DNA of 64,000 bases from Phaeosaccion multiseriatum (lineage: Eukaryota > Protista > Ochrophyta, other classes). The notes under the pieces are model-generated. The model had not been told where the DNA came from. It saw only the letters and a program-made list of their open reading frames with translations, and did not search any database. The translations under genes were made by a program, and so were the position numbers. The stretch covers positions 4,340,001 to 4,404,000 of the forward strand of contig OZ218952.1 in assembly GCA_965112735.1 (NCBI GenBank), given 5' to 3'. Position 1 is the stretch's first letter, and the number at the start of each line of letters is the position of its first letter. This document shows positions 1-13,095 of this stretch, in pieces.

Positions 1-599
1 AGGGTATCGACGCTCTTGACAACTTGCACTACGGGCAGGTAAGAACGAGAAGAACTGCCAATCGCGCGTTTACCCCCCCCCCCCCCCCCAAAAACTGAGA
101 GCAAGTGGGGGCGGGACTGGATTTGATAGAGCAACCCGTTCTTCCCCCTCTTTAGTTCCTCTTTGGTGCGTGCTTCTGATGCTCTGTACCTGAGAAAGCT
201 GCCTCCTCCTCCTTGTTGTCTCTCTCCCTTTCTTTTACTCTTAGCTCTCTTTCTTGCTCTGTCTCTGTGGCACTCTCTTTCTCTCTCTCTGTCCCGCTCT
301 GTCCGCCCTCTCTCTCTCTTGTACTGTCTCTCTTTCTTGCTCTATCTCCGTCGCACCCTCTTTCACCCTCTTTCTCTCTCTCTCTCTCTCTCCTATGGCG
401 CCTCATGCAGGTGGATCCTTTGCTCGCTGGAGAAGCCGCAGCGATGGTGGACAAGTTCTTCGGCGAAGACTATGGGGGTGAAGAGCAGGAGGCGGAGGAG
501 CAGGGGGGCACGCCCTTTCCTGACGCTGCTGCTGCCGCGCCAGGCAGAGGCATGGGGAGGGGAAGGCAGATCAATCAACCTGCGTGGATGAAGGGATAA
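1..599 (+). CDS. 3' end of an importin-alpha-like ARM protein (exons <1-38, 411-599)
   Basis: GT-AG splice 39..410 joins GIDALDNLHYGQ to VDPLLAGEAAAMVDKFFGEDYG, which resembles the importin-alpha C-terminal motif (plant IMPA9-type). Stop TAA at 597-599. Confidence 0.6.
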
Positions 600-1185
600 A
601 GGATGACTGTCCTCTAAGGTTATGTGTACATAATTTCGTCTTTTTTGAAGGTGGCCTTGCTTTCAGTATAGTATTCTACGCCTTGTCTCGAGAGGGCCGA
701 GCAAAGTGTGTAGGTAGGGACGGACTGTATTGCGCTCTGCGAAAGAGCGTGCTTGTGAATAAGAGTATATATAGTTTTGTTTTGATGGGCACGCCATGTC
801 TTCCTCCCCACCCTTTTCGAGTGAGGACGTCGTCTCTCCTCTGCGCCCACATAAAGACACGTACTCGAGTACTCAGTGACGCGATCTTCTCTACCCGCTT
901 CACGCCACTGCTCACTCCACTCCATTGTTCTATCCTACCTGCCCCTTGATCCTTCGCCCCCCTCTATACAGTATCGAGACACTGCTATACAAATTTAAAA
1001 CTAAACAAGGCCCCCTTATCAACGAAAGACCACGTGAGTGTATCTTCCTCGGCCGCCTCTCGTTCAGCTATACCAATGTCAATAAGTGTTCGCTGCTGCC
1101 GGTCCGCGGAGACTGCCACATTTTTCTTGCCTTGCCATTCTTCGGCCGCGCGGTGCTGCGTGAGCCCAGCAACTCTGTCAAGCTC

Positions 1186-1891
1186 CTACTGCTTGTGGTA
1201 GGCATCTGCGAGCGAGGATGTGAGCAGCAGCGAGAGCAGGCAGGAGCGAGCGTGTAAGCACAAGTTCGAGCTGCAGAGTGCATTCAAGGCATGCCGGACA
1301 AGGTTACAGTGTGCGCCCGCCATAATCAGTAATCAGGCCGACTGGCGCCGGTCATAATCAGTAGTCAGGGCGGCTGGCGCCGGCCATAATCAGTATAATC
1401 AGGCCGGCTGGCGCCGGCCGTAGGGCGCCCGTATATGACGTAGGGCTGAAAGGCAGTGATCCCCCCTCCGCCGCCAAAGCTACGACTCACCGTACTTCTT
1501 CCTACGGCGGCTCCTCCATCCCTGCTTGTCGTCGTACTGGCGGTTGTACGTGATGCGTGCCGTCGCCTCACCTCCAGCCTTGTCTGTGCTAGGGACGGGG
1601 CCTCCAAAGGCGTACGCAATTACCTCTACCCAGTCGTTAAGGGAGTACTTCTCGGAGGAGCCCGTGCTCTCGCTCGCTGCTGGCGTCTTGGCCTCAGTCA
1701 CGGCAACAGTGGGCTTGGGCTCCGCGGCAGCCGCAGCGGGATCGACGAGGCGCATCATCTAAGGGCGGCGGAGGCGGAGGAGGAGGGGGAGAAGATAAAG
1801 ATACATGAGCGTGTGAATTGAAGACACGAGAGATGATGCGAGACAGCCGCTCTCTCGGCAAAAGCTATGAGGGACCGCAGGCAAGCGGGAG

Positions 1892-1927
<36 letters not shown>

Positions 1928-2452
1928 GCCGCTGCAGAAAGAGCCGCCGCAGCACAGGAGTCTTACCTCCATGCGCAATTTGCGAACGGCGATCAGATCC
2001 TCCTCGATCTCCTCCTCCCGATTCTTCAAACCGAGGAGCAGCTCGTTGACCTTGTCCACGGAGCACTCCCCCCCCAGGCAGATGTTGGCGAGCTCCAAGA
2101 TCTCCTCGTTGGCCTTAGATGAGGAGGGAAGACAAAGATTTTCTGAAGATTTTAGGGCCTCGGAACGGGGGAGGGGGGGGAGTGATAACTTCAACCGCCG
2201 CCGCCCTCTATAGTCATTCTCGGGGCAGTACAATCAACCCCTCCCCACAGCCCCCGCGACCTCCGCTGAGCCAAAGCACCCCTACCCGCCAGCTAGACCC
2301 CATCCTAGATCCACCCTCACCGCTTGAAGCGCCTGCCCCGAACGCTGTGGTCGGGGAGTTGTTCGCTGGCTGAGCGCGACGGGGCCGACGGGAACAACGA
2401 ACGCCGTGGCGGCGGCGCACAGGCCCAGGAGCAGCAGCAGCGTCGCCTTCAT
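1186..2452 (-). CDS. Hypothetical plastid-targeted protein (exons ~2452-2321, 2113-1967, 1758-1491, 1205-1186)
   Basis: N-terminus MKATLLLLLGLCAAATAFVVP is a signal peptide plus ASAFAP-like motif. In-phase GT-AG introns. Helical core EILELANICLGGECSVDKVNELL with a Cx4C pair. Confidence 0.7.
1320..1419. repeat. Intronic minisatellite, 3 x 32-35 bp (ccataatcagtaatcaggccgactggcgccgg)
   Basis: Three adjacent degenerate copies visible, inside the last intron of the 1186-2452 gene. Confidence 0.8.
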
Positions 2453-3497
2453 AGTCTTGATCTGTTGTCTTGTCTATGCTTGCAAAGATGGGTGTGTTTG
2501 TTTTGTTTGTGGAGAGAAAGAGATTGAAGTTTAGGAAAAAGGGGGGGTTTCCGGTCCTACACTTTTGGGCCCCAGCTGTTCATTGTCCACGACGGCCCAA
2601 CTATCTACGCCCAGGCGTGCTATCTGCTATCGGCTGGGAGAATGTGGTCGATAGCACGTCAGGGGTCGAAGTCTGGCTGCGGCCAGGAGCCTGAAGCCAG
2701 GAGGGGCCTACCGCCCAGAAGCCAGAAGTCGGAGAAACCTCGCCTTCGCCTGGGGCCCATGTCCAGTTTCCTTATCAGCGCTCCCCTCGTTCACTCTCTG
2801 ATGCGACAGCCATCAATCCAGAAAGGAGCTCCACCCATCCACTCACGCACCCATCCACTCACGTACCCACCCACTACCCTCCCACCGCACTGCACTCACT
2901 CACATACCCACCCACCCACTCATGCACCCACTCGCTCCCGTGTCAAATGTCAAATCATCATCATCATACACATTATCACCCACTCCACATCCGTAAGAGT
3001 ACTCACTTCTTCCCTCCCCCCTCCCTTCCACCCCAAACTACTTGTTTAGCCCCTCTCTCGGCCCCATGCACGCCTAGCGGCCTGGTAGGCCAATTGCCCG
3101 CCCTAGCGAGGCCTAGCCTATTTATATGCCGCCGCCTAGGGCAGACGCCAGCCAACTAGGCGGACGGGGGGAGTGCCCAGAGTGCAAAGAGTTGTCAGTT
3201 TAGTAAAAAAAAAAAAAAAAAAAAAAAAATGTAGACGGGCGTCACCTTCTTGAAGAGGCGTCACCTTCTTGAAGTGTTCCCGAGGCAATTTGAAGTTGAC
3301 CAGGCATGTGCCACCCCTTTAGTTACCCATCCCAGCAGGCTGCTTTTTTTTTTTTTTTTTTTTGTGTTTCCAACTCCTTTTCGACGACACCCTGCTTCAA
3401 GTGACTGGGTTTGCTGCCACTGAGGCTATTCAGAGAACGAAGACGCTACGAAAGACGACCCTCCACTGGGGGAACCATCCATCACAGGCGGTGGGGG

Positions 3498-5340
3498 ATG
3501 TTTCGGAGGAGTGGAGGTCGCGGTGCTCATAGACGAGCCAGGGGGAGCACACCCATGGTGGAGCTGTATCCCGAGAACGGACAGGACGTGACCTCAGCGG
3601 GTAAGCACGCCATTCATCACACCCGACACTTGCGTAGTGAAAGAGTCCGTTCTCTATGGTCCGAGAATACGCCGCTTCGAGTCAGTTAGCCGACAGATTC
3701 TGTGGCTTCGGAACTCTCCTCACCCCCCCCTTCCCTCTCCTCTTTGCCTCCTCTGGCTTGCTTGCTTGCTTGCTTGCGTGTGTGTCCCCTGCACTCGCTC
3801 CACAGGCATGCTCTCGTGTCCAAACCAGACTGAGGAAGAGGCGCATTTGCACCGGGCTGCCGCTCCACGGGGGGGCAGGAGCGACAGCTTGGCAGAACTC
3901 TACTGCGTGGAAGGCAAGCCGCAACGGGTGTCGCCGAGCCTGCACCGCTGGATGGAGGTTGACAGCGGGGACCTGCAAGTGAGTCAGCTGGCGCGCAGCG
4001 GCCAGACCATCTGCGTAGCTGGGAGCCAAGCGATCATGGTGGGGGGCTGCGGGTCCAGGGGCTGCCTGTCGGACATGCACTCTCTCGATCTCAACACACT
4101 ACGGTGGAGGCAGCTCGACCCGCGCAATGCATCCTCCTCACCCACCGAGGCACCCTCGGCGAGAACATGTCACGCCATGAGCAGCGACGACCGGCACTTG
4201 TACCTCTCTGGAGGCGCTAGTGACGACCCGGACGATCTCCAGGCCGATCTGTGGCAGTACGATATCCGCACCCGCGTCTGGCAGAGGCTATTCAAGGCAG
4301 AGAAGGAGGAGGAGCGGGGAAGGCGGGGAGGGAGGGAGGGGGACCAGCAAGAGCAGCAGCGCATTGGCACGTACGCCTGCTCTCGCATCGGCCACACCAT
4401 GCTTCACACGAGCAGCAGCATCGCAGGAGCAGGAGGAGGAGGAAGAAGAAGAAGGGAAGGTACCAGCAGCAAGGGCTGCCTAGTTTTCTTTGGCGGGAGT
4501 ACGGGGTTCGAGTACTTCAATGAGGTGATAGTTTTCGACTTGGAGTCGCAAAGGTTCACACTCCTTCCCACTACGGGCACCAAACCCAGCCCGCGCTACA
4601 AGCAACAGGCCCTCATCGAGAGCGGCCGCAATTTTATAGTCCTTGGAGGGGGCGCGTTTGAACCTACGGAGGGCGCCATGCAGGTCTTTTCCTTGGATCT
4701 TGTCACACTGGAGTGGAGTGTCTTGAGCTGCAGCGGCACCAAGCCCCCGGAGCGGACGGCGCACAGCATCGCCTTCGACCCACAGTCCCGCCGGGTCTTC
4801 GTGACGGGCGGCTTCTCACGCGAGATGCGGCTGGATCGGCACTGCTACGCGTTGAAGCTGGACTCGAGAGAGTGGGTGGAGCTAGGCGCCGCAGCAGAGA
4901 GGGGGGAGAGTGGTGGTGGTGTTGGAGGGGATGGTGGTGCGGGGGGGAGGAGGAAGGAGGCCTCTAGTGGTGAGAAGGAGCTGGACAAGGCATTTCCTCC
5001 AGCCCGCTCCTTCCACTCCTCCTTCTTCTTCCGAGGGCGCCTCTTTCTGGTGGGCGGGTCCAACGGCATCGAAAAGCTGGGGGACATTTGGAACTTTCGG
5101 CTCAAGGAGAATATCCCCACCTTGGCCGCTCTGGCTGCGAGGGTGCTGTTTGCTGGTGACCCCTCCGGCCGGGAGGGGACTGGGAAGGGTGGGAAGGGTG
5201 GGAAGGATGGAAAGAGTGGGAAGGGTGATAAGGATGGGAAGCGGGCGGCCCTGATCAGGGAGGGGCTGCTGCAGCGGTTGCCTCGCGAAGTGAGCGACGC
5301 GGTGAGGGGCATGAATGTGCTGGCGGACGCTCTCTTTTGA
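3498..5340 (+). CDS. Kelch-repeat beta-propeller protein, KLHDC3/KLHDC10-like, with C-terminal BC-box/cullin-box-like tail (exons ~3498-3600, 3806-5340)
   Basis: Repeated Kelch motifs (PSARTCHAM..LYLSGG, PSPRYKQQ..IVLGGG, PPERTAHS..VFVTGG, PPARSFHS..LFLVGG..DIW). Phase-1 intron 3601-3805. Start could be 3498 or 3555. Confidence 0.85.
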
Positions 5341-6023
5341 AGGAGACACACGGTAACGGTACAGCACACACGCACACATACAGAGAGAGAGAGAGGGCGC
5401 GTGCTTCACTGTGAACCGCTTGTGGTATAGGCTGTAGCAGATATGTAGGAGTAGTGGAAAGAGAGGGACGGAGTTTTTTTTTAGCACCGCTTTTTGGGGC
5501 GGTGATGACGATTGTTTGATTGCTTTGGGATTCAGCTTTCGCATTGACTCAAACACTAATGCACGAAATGTGCGTACTCACTCAATCGAGAGGGCACGGA
5601 GGGGGGGGGGGCGGGGCGGGGCGAAGGAGTAAGGGGAGTAAGCGAAGAAGGAAAGAAGAAGCGAGACGGGGGGGGGGGGGCGATAAGGAGGGGAGAGAAG
5701 ACAAAGCATAAGAGAACACAGGGGAGGGCCCATACCGGCAAATCTGTTGAACACGTAAATATGCTGAGCGGGGGGGGGAAGGGCAAGGGCAAATTTTTTT
5801 TTTTGTTCGTTATATATCTATCGTATCTATATATTCATTCATTTCCACAGCGAAACTTCCGTTGCCAGGACAAATAAACTTTTGGACAACATCCTACTTG
5901 AGAGCCAAACTCTTGTTTCGAAAGACGCAGGCGCACGGACGGTCTTTTTCAGGACATGTGTACGTGTGTGTGCGTGTGTGTGTGTGTGTGGGCGTGTGTG
6001 TAGCCCCCCCTCGTGATGGTTGG

Positions 6024-7571
6024 CTAGATGCCCAAATGCGCCATGATTTTGTCCAGCTTCTGCTCGATCCTGGCCATCTGATCAGAGCTGTACCCATTCG
6101 CACTCCCATTCGACACCACACCAGGGATGGCCGGTGGCCCCGAGGGGGGCAGCTTGGGTGGGCCGGCCCCGGGCAGGGGTGGTGGGGAAGAGGAAGAAGG
6201 AGTCCGTCGCTTTAACTTGGCCGCCAGATCTTCTCCCACCGACATGGAGCTGGCGGCTGCCTGCGGGATCACGGGAGACGCGGGCGGGGCTCCTCTGCTG
6301 GTGCTGCTGCTGCTGCTGCTGCTACTTCCCGCACCGCTTGTTCTCCTCGCCATGGCATTGGCCAATTCGCCCATCATCCCGCCACCCCCGCCGCCGACAG
6401 GTAACGGTGGAGGGGCACTGCTTGGTGCGCCCCCCCCCCCTCCTCCTCCTCCTCCACCGCCGCCGCCGCCGCTCTCGACAACGCCTCCTGCGCCCCTCAC
6501 ACCCGACTTATCGTTGGTGACGGCCTTCTTTAACGCCACTCCGTTCTGAATTCCGCTCAACAGAGCCATAGGAGGCGCGCCCCCCCCTCCCCCGCCGCCG
6601 AGCTTATGTATCGAGCCTCCTGCCATGTGCGGCAAGTACAAGAGGGAGAGAGAGGGACAGCAGAGAGAGAGAGAGGGACAGAGAGAGAGGACGACGGCGG
6701 GGGAGGGGGGCCGGGGGTTTTGGGGGAAAGATGAGATTTCTTCGAGCAGGGCTAAATCCTGAGATAAACAACCAACAACGCTGGAGGGGACACCTCCACA
6801 GACTCTCCCTCAGGCGGACCAGGAAGAGTCGCAGACCTTTGCCGAACTGTCCAAAGGGAAGGGGGGTCTCATTAAGGTTCAGTTCCCGAGCAGGCCCAAG
6901 GAAAGTCGGCTCGCAGGAAGACGATTGCTCCTCCTAGTTTTTGTAATCCGCCGTTCCACTCCACTACAGCGTTGGCATAAAACAGCGAACACTCTTCTTG
7001 TAACAAATGCTTGCCCTCGTCAGGACATTCGTCTCCTCGCCAGCAGCTTTCGCCCCCCCCCGGCCTCTTCGTTCCTCACACCCTAGGGGAGCGACTTCCC
7101 ATCGCTTCTTCACTGGGACATAAAACATTTCCATGGCAGCGCCATGGCTTCACACCGCCTTTCGTTCTCACATAGTCTACTCCCTCCCTTTCCCTGAAAA
7201 CTTTCTATTTCCCGGTGCGTCTTCAATCTCTTTATAACCCCTCCCCCCCCCCCAACTGGTCGGGCAATCAGCAGCAGCGGAAGCCATGCCACAAAATCAA
7301 ATCAATGCAGCCAATAACGGGACCTACAGCGCGTCAAGGAGCTTCCATCATCCCCTCTCTCGCCAAAGCAGCGCAGCATCGGGGGCAGCGACCGGGGCCC
7401 ACCACAGCCTCCCCGCTCTCTCCCTCACTCGCTGGGTTAACGTCTCCTGGCGCTCTCTCTGCCGTGTCCCACCTCAGGAATGACTCTACACCAAATCTTT
7501 CGCTGGCGACTCCGGACGTACCTCTATCTTCATCCCCCCCTTTCACCCGGCCACCCAAATCGACCCAGAAC

Positions 7572-7609
<38 letters not shown>

Positions 7610-8208
7610 CGCATACGTATAGTGGAGGAGACGGCGAGAGGGAAATCCCTACGTAGGAAGGAAAACATCTTTCACTCACCGCTCTTGGCCACTCCTGGCG
7701 GCTTGCTCTTGGGCATGGGGGGCACAGGGGGGCCCTTGTTCGGCAAGGGAGGGGGCGCGGCCGCAGGCATTGCTGGTCGGTCCCAAGTTGTCTCATTTCT
7801 GCCCGCGTGAAAGTAGTACGGCTGCATGTGATGCGATGGCACAGACGGGAGGAGAGAGTGCGATGAGAGAGGGAGAGGGTGAGCGGGCAGATGGCAGATT
7901 GGATTACGATAAGGCAGAACGTTCTTACAGAACATTAGAGAAAAGGGGGAACGGGAACGGGAAATGGCCAAGCAGGGGAGCTCAGGACTGACTGAAGCCT
8001 CTCAAGAATTTTCAGCCCGTGGCGAATGAAAAGGCACCAGGCCTGGCCGAAGAGAGTGGGGATGAGGAAGGCAGGGGACGAGGAGTTTTCAGAGACGGAC
8101 GTGTTCCCCCCCAAAACCCCAGTTCGGTATTCTCCATTCCCCTGCTTCTCAACGCACCGTGCCGTTATCACTGAACTCCTCCCAGCCGGGGGGGAGGGCA
8201 TCGCCCAT
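6024..8208 (-). CDS. WW-domain + WH2 proline-rich actin regulator, verprolin/WIP-like (exons 8208-8158, 7821-7680, 6619-6024)
   Basis: Spliced WW domain MGDALPPGWEEFSDNGT|PYYFHAGRNETTWDRP. WH2 motif ALLSGIQNGVALKKAVTNDKS. Poly-Pro tracts. Intron phases are consistent. Confidence 0.85.
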
Positions 8209-8664
8209 CCTAAGCGGTCCTGTTTATCTTCTAACTCCTCCGCCGTCTCGGCTCTTCCCCAAAAATGTTGCCCCGAACGTCTTTTTCCTCCCACCAGGAT
8301 TCCTCGCGTCCCAGCAACTGAGGGAAAGAACTTAAGCAGCTACTCGTGCGTGCAGGCAAGCAGCTAAATGGATTCGAAGAAAGACCGTGGTGTGCTTGAG
8401 AGGTGCAAAGTCATTTGTAAGAGAGAAAAGTCCAGCTCTAACAGATGGCGAGCGTCGTGGATCCAACACCTGCACTTACTGTTGCTTGTGATGGATATCA
8501 AAAAAATAATCCACCGGGGTATTGTTAGGAGATAAGGAGGAGATCAAGGAGGAGGGGCAAAGCACAGTGCCCTTACCGGAACTCACTACCTTTGATTTAG
8601 CTAAGTTGTACCCCAAGTGTAGGAGGAGGGTGAGAAGGGAAAAGGGGGGGCGGCGTGTTGAAAC

Positions 8665-10994
8665 ATGGGTAACAAACGGAGGCTGCCGTCGACAGCAGTG
8701 GCTGCTGCTGCTGCTGCTGCGGTGGCCCTCGCGAGATGTTCGTCATCCCTTGGATTGGTGGTGCACTCTCCTGTGGGGGCGAGACATTTTACAAATCAAG
8801 CCGCACCTCCACCACCGCAGCGCTTGAGCGGGAGAGGAAGTGGGGTTCAACGACGGGGAACGCGGAGGCAGCAGCAGCAGCGCGTGGTTGTGGACAGGGG
8901 AGGGGGGACTGCCACTGCGGTGAAGCGAGGGAGACAGTTCCGGTTTGCTCGCGAGGAGAGAGTGAAGCTGGCCAGAAGTTCGGGCCGGACGCGGCACGAG
9001 AAGGCAGTCCTGTTGGCTGTGGAGAAGAGCAGGGCAGATGGAAGAGCAGCAGGAGGAGGAGGAAGAGCACGGCGCGGGCACGAGCTGGGGGGTGCGGATC
9101 CCCTGACGCTCCAGCAGGAGTTCGAGCTCGGGTCCATGGTGCAGCGGATGCAGGTGCTGCTGAAGGTGAGAGAAGAGGTGGAAGACTCGCTCGACAGAGA
9201 GCCAACCATGCTGGAGTGGGCAGCGGCTGCAGATATCAGCCCCCGGGAAGTGGCGCAGTGCATCCGACGAGGTCGGCGAGCAGCCGAGGCGCTGGTGCTA
9301 CACAACATGAGGTTTGTCATAAAGCTGGCGTGGGACATGAAGAAGAATGGGTGGGAGATGAGTGTCTCGGACATGATACAAGAAGGAACGATGGGACTCA
9401 TCCGTGCGGTGGAGAAGTACGATCCGGATAGGTGCGTTTAGAGGCAGGAGTAAGGGGGGTGATGGTGGGGGGACAAGAAGGGAAGGGAGACGGGAAGGGA
9501 GACGATCAACACGTGCGCGGGCCTCTGCTCATGATGAACTTCCTTCCAACATATCACGCCTCGGTGCCCTCCCTGTGCTGCGTTGCTGCTCAGGGGATTT
9601 CGGTTGACCACATACGCGTCCGCCTGGATAAGACAATTCATCTCCAAAGCAACTATGAAGTCCGGGCGGTCTGTGCGGCTCCCAATGCACATTGAGCACG
9701 GGCTCCGGAAAGTCAACAAACTGAAGAGGGAGGTCGAGGCCGCCACCGGAGAGGAGCCCTCCATGGCGCAGGTGAGGAGAGAGGGGATGGGAGATGGGAG
9801 AGGGGGGGCAGGAGATGCCACGGGAGAAGAGCGAGTAGATAGAGCCACCCTTCGCGATGATGCCGTCTCATCTGCCCTGCCGTGGCATTCCTGCCCCGAC
9901 CTATACACTGCAGGTCGCGGAGCATCTATCCATCCCAAACGAGCGCCTCAGACGGTACCTTGTGGCAGACGTCACAAGTGTTGCTGTCAGCATGGACGCT
10001 GTATGGTCTCCCCAATCGGCGCTAGGCGGCGAGACGGGAGGAGAGGAGGAATGGGCCACTCCAGACAGTTGTCTGGAGAGAGATATGGAACGGTGAGTCA
10101 GTCATTGAGTTAGTGAGTGTCATGATGGGGTCAGTTCATTCCTGCAGCAAAGGTGTGGTGAGAAAGGGCGGCGGGGGGGGGGAGAGACGAGAAGAGACGA
10201 GAAGAGAGGCCGTTGCCTGATGCAACTGCTCCCTGCTACTGCTTGTCGTGCTGCTGCTTCTCTCTTTGGCATCTCTTGTGGATCCAATATTCCTTGTGCT
10301 AATTCCCCCTTCCCATGCCCCTTGTGGCGTGCAGATCGCTCGTGACGGACCGGCTGCGGCACGCCATCGTCTCCCTGAGCGAGAGGGAGCGTTGGGTCAT
10401 TGAGGCTCGCTTCGGCATCGCAGGAGGCCGCATCACGAATCTGCGGGTGAGTACGGGCAGGGATAATAATAAGGCAGTGAATCAGTGAGTGAGTGAGTGA
10501 GTGAGTGAGTGAGTGAGGGAGGGAGGGAGTGTGAAGCTAGTAAAGCAAGGTGTTCAGCCCAGTCAGTCAAGCAGAGCAAGGTGCGGACGGGGGAGGAGGG
10601 AGGGGAGGGAGAGCTTTGATCAGGCGCCTTGTTTGTTATCACCCCTCTCTTACACCCATCACCCACCTCCCTGTAACCCCCCCCTCCTCTCCTCCCTCCG
10701 CCTCCCCGTTGTCTCGTCTCGTCTCATTTCTCCCCTTCCTTCCTTCCTTCCTTCCTTTGCTTCCTGCTGCAGGAGACCGGACGAAAGCTCAATCTGAGTC
10801 ATACGCGAGTGCCCGCCATCGTTAACGGCGCACTCGAGTCTCTGAGGGCAGTGGTGGACACGGATGAGCAGATCAGTCGGGAGGCCCTTACCAGCCACCT
10901 GTTGGGAGGGGGTCCGGATGGAGAGGGGTCCGAGGGCACCATAGAGAGAGAAAATCGGCGGAGGGCCCCGGCCAAATTGACTCTGGCGTTCTGA
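8665..10994 (+). CDS. Nucleus-encoded sigma-70 family RNA polymerase sigma factor, probably plastid-targeted (5 exons: 8665-9431, 9594-9771, ~9914-10092, ~10334-10446, ~10773-10994)
   Basis: Region 2 ([45 protein letters not shown]), region 3 (VRLPMH..GEEPSMAQVAEHL) and region 4 (LSERERWVIEARFG..ETGRKLNLSHTRV). Hydrophobic N-terminal leader. Confidence 0.93.
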
Positions 10995-11505
10995 TAGAGA
11001 CAGAGAGAGAGGCGTGTGTGTTTGAGAGAGAGAGAGAGAGATTTGCGGAGAGTGGAGAGAGAGCTGTGCTGAGACAGAGGGAGAGAGAGAGAGAGAGGAA
11101 GAGGAGAGAGAGAGGGGCGGACGGAGCGAAGAGGTGTGTCGAGAGAGAGGGAGGTGTGTGCTGGGATGATGGGTTTGTTCACCACTTACGTGTGCGTGTG
11201 TGCGTGTGCGTGTGTGCGTGTGCGTGTGCGTGTGCGTGTGTGCGTGTGCGTGGTGAGAGGTTTCTCTCCTATCATGGACGCACTATAAGGGTGTCGCGTG
11301 CCGCCTGTGAAATGGTTTTTATTTTTTGGTCCATGAGCTAAGCAAGCTCGTACTGTATTGTACTCTTGTACATTTTAAAATCTTTAGTCATAATACAACT
11401 GAAGGGGAGGAGAAAAAAAATGCTGTGCTTGTTGCCACCCAGCAACAACGTCCTTCGCAAAACACTACGACTGCCCACAACTTCACCAGTGACTCAGCGG
11501 AAGTA

Positions 11506-11536
<31 letters not shown>

Positions 11537-11541
11537 GTCTG

Positions 11542-11572
<31 letters not shown>

Positions 11573-11583
11573 GTCTGTCTCTG

Positions 11584-11615
<32 letters not shown>

Positions 11616-11841
11616 TCTCTTGGTGTTCGGGTGAGAGGGTACAAGTGCTGTGTGTGTGTGGTCAGCAGCTAAGAAGCAGCGGAAGAGAGCACTGTGTGGG
11701 TGGCAAGACGGACTCTATTCAGGAGTGTTGGGGCTCAACGTGGGAGCGTGGGAGGGCGCGCCATCACCCTTCCCTTCATTTTAACGCACATCACTGTTCA
11801 TTCAAGTGACGGGAACCAACGGGCTCCTTCCGCCTCTACGG

Positions 11842-13057
11842 TCATAGCTCCTCCTCCGCCCCCTCTTCCGCCCCTCCTCCCTTCTCCTCGTCTCCTATTC
11901 TTCTTCGCATGGCAAAGAGGTGGGCAAACACCGGCCTGCCTCCTTCCAAGCGAGGCATAATCTCGCTCTGAATCACTCCTTCCAACCCGTGTTTTAAAGC
12001 CTCCCGCTCCACGTACTCCGCAGTGTGTGCATACCGCCCACTGGTCAGGAGCAGCCAGTCCTTTTCCTCCTCCTCTTCCTCCTCTTCCTCCTCCTCTTTG
12101 AGTAGGTCCAAGTAAACCTCCAATTGTTCCACAGTAAAGACGAGCAAGCCCCCTTCCTCGAGATACTGTGCCGCGGCGGAGAAGAAAGATCCTAAATCTC
12201 CCTTGAACACCAACACTGGGGGAGGAGGAGGAGGAGGAGGAGGAGGAGGAGGAGAAGGAGGAGAAGGAGGATGAGAAGGACGAAGGGGGGTGGGGCGAGA
12301 GGAGAGGATCAGGGAGCGGAGATGCGAGGGGGGTAGAGAGAAGGGCAAGGGCGTGAATGATAAATCGAACGAGCATGACCGAGCAGAAGACGCGAAGGAA
12401 ACAGTTTGGGGAGGGGAGCAAGTAGAAAGAAATGACAGAATGAATGAATTACCTTCCGCAGCCACCACCAAGCCTCCCTTGTGTCCTGCTACCCGCCGAG
12501 CGTCCAGCTGCTCCGCGATGTCTCCTGTGAGGAGCTCGTCGTACACCTTGCCAAGGTCGCGGGGGTGAAGGAGGGGGGAAGAGCACACGTTAAGAAGAAC
12601 AACAATATGCAGGCAGGGGCAGGGGTGAGTACCGCCTTGGGTAGGGCGAGTGTTAGTCCACACCTCCCTCCCCCCTCCCGCCGCTCTCCCTCCCCTCCCT
12701 CTCTCCCTCTCCCCCTGTCTCTCTCTGTCTCTTCTTCTCTCCCCCCCCCCCCCTTATGTCTCTCTCTGTCTCGCACCTCCCTCTCCTTGGCGAGTTGTAC
12801 CATCTTGTCGATGTCGTCTACCCCGACAAGCGTCTCTGCCAAGTCTCGAAGCAAAGGGCCGCTAAAGCCTGTTCCACAACCAGCATCGAACACCTCGCCA
12901 AACTTGCTGTCGCTGCCCTGCTTACGGCACGGTAGCAAAGTAGGTACGGAGATTGGGAAGGGTATGGGTGAAACCAACACACACACAAACAGGGAAGGGG
13001 TGGGGAGTGGAGAGTGGGGCAAGACACAAGAGGGTCGGAGTAGGGTGGAAGCGAGGA

Positions 13058-13095
<38 letters not shown>

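Noticed and set aside
8665-10994. Sigma-70 gene (and DUF482) as bacterial contamination or recent HGT
   Set aside because: Both have spliceosomal introns and plastid-type leaders. Nucleus-encoded plastid sigma factors are expected in algae.
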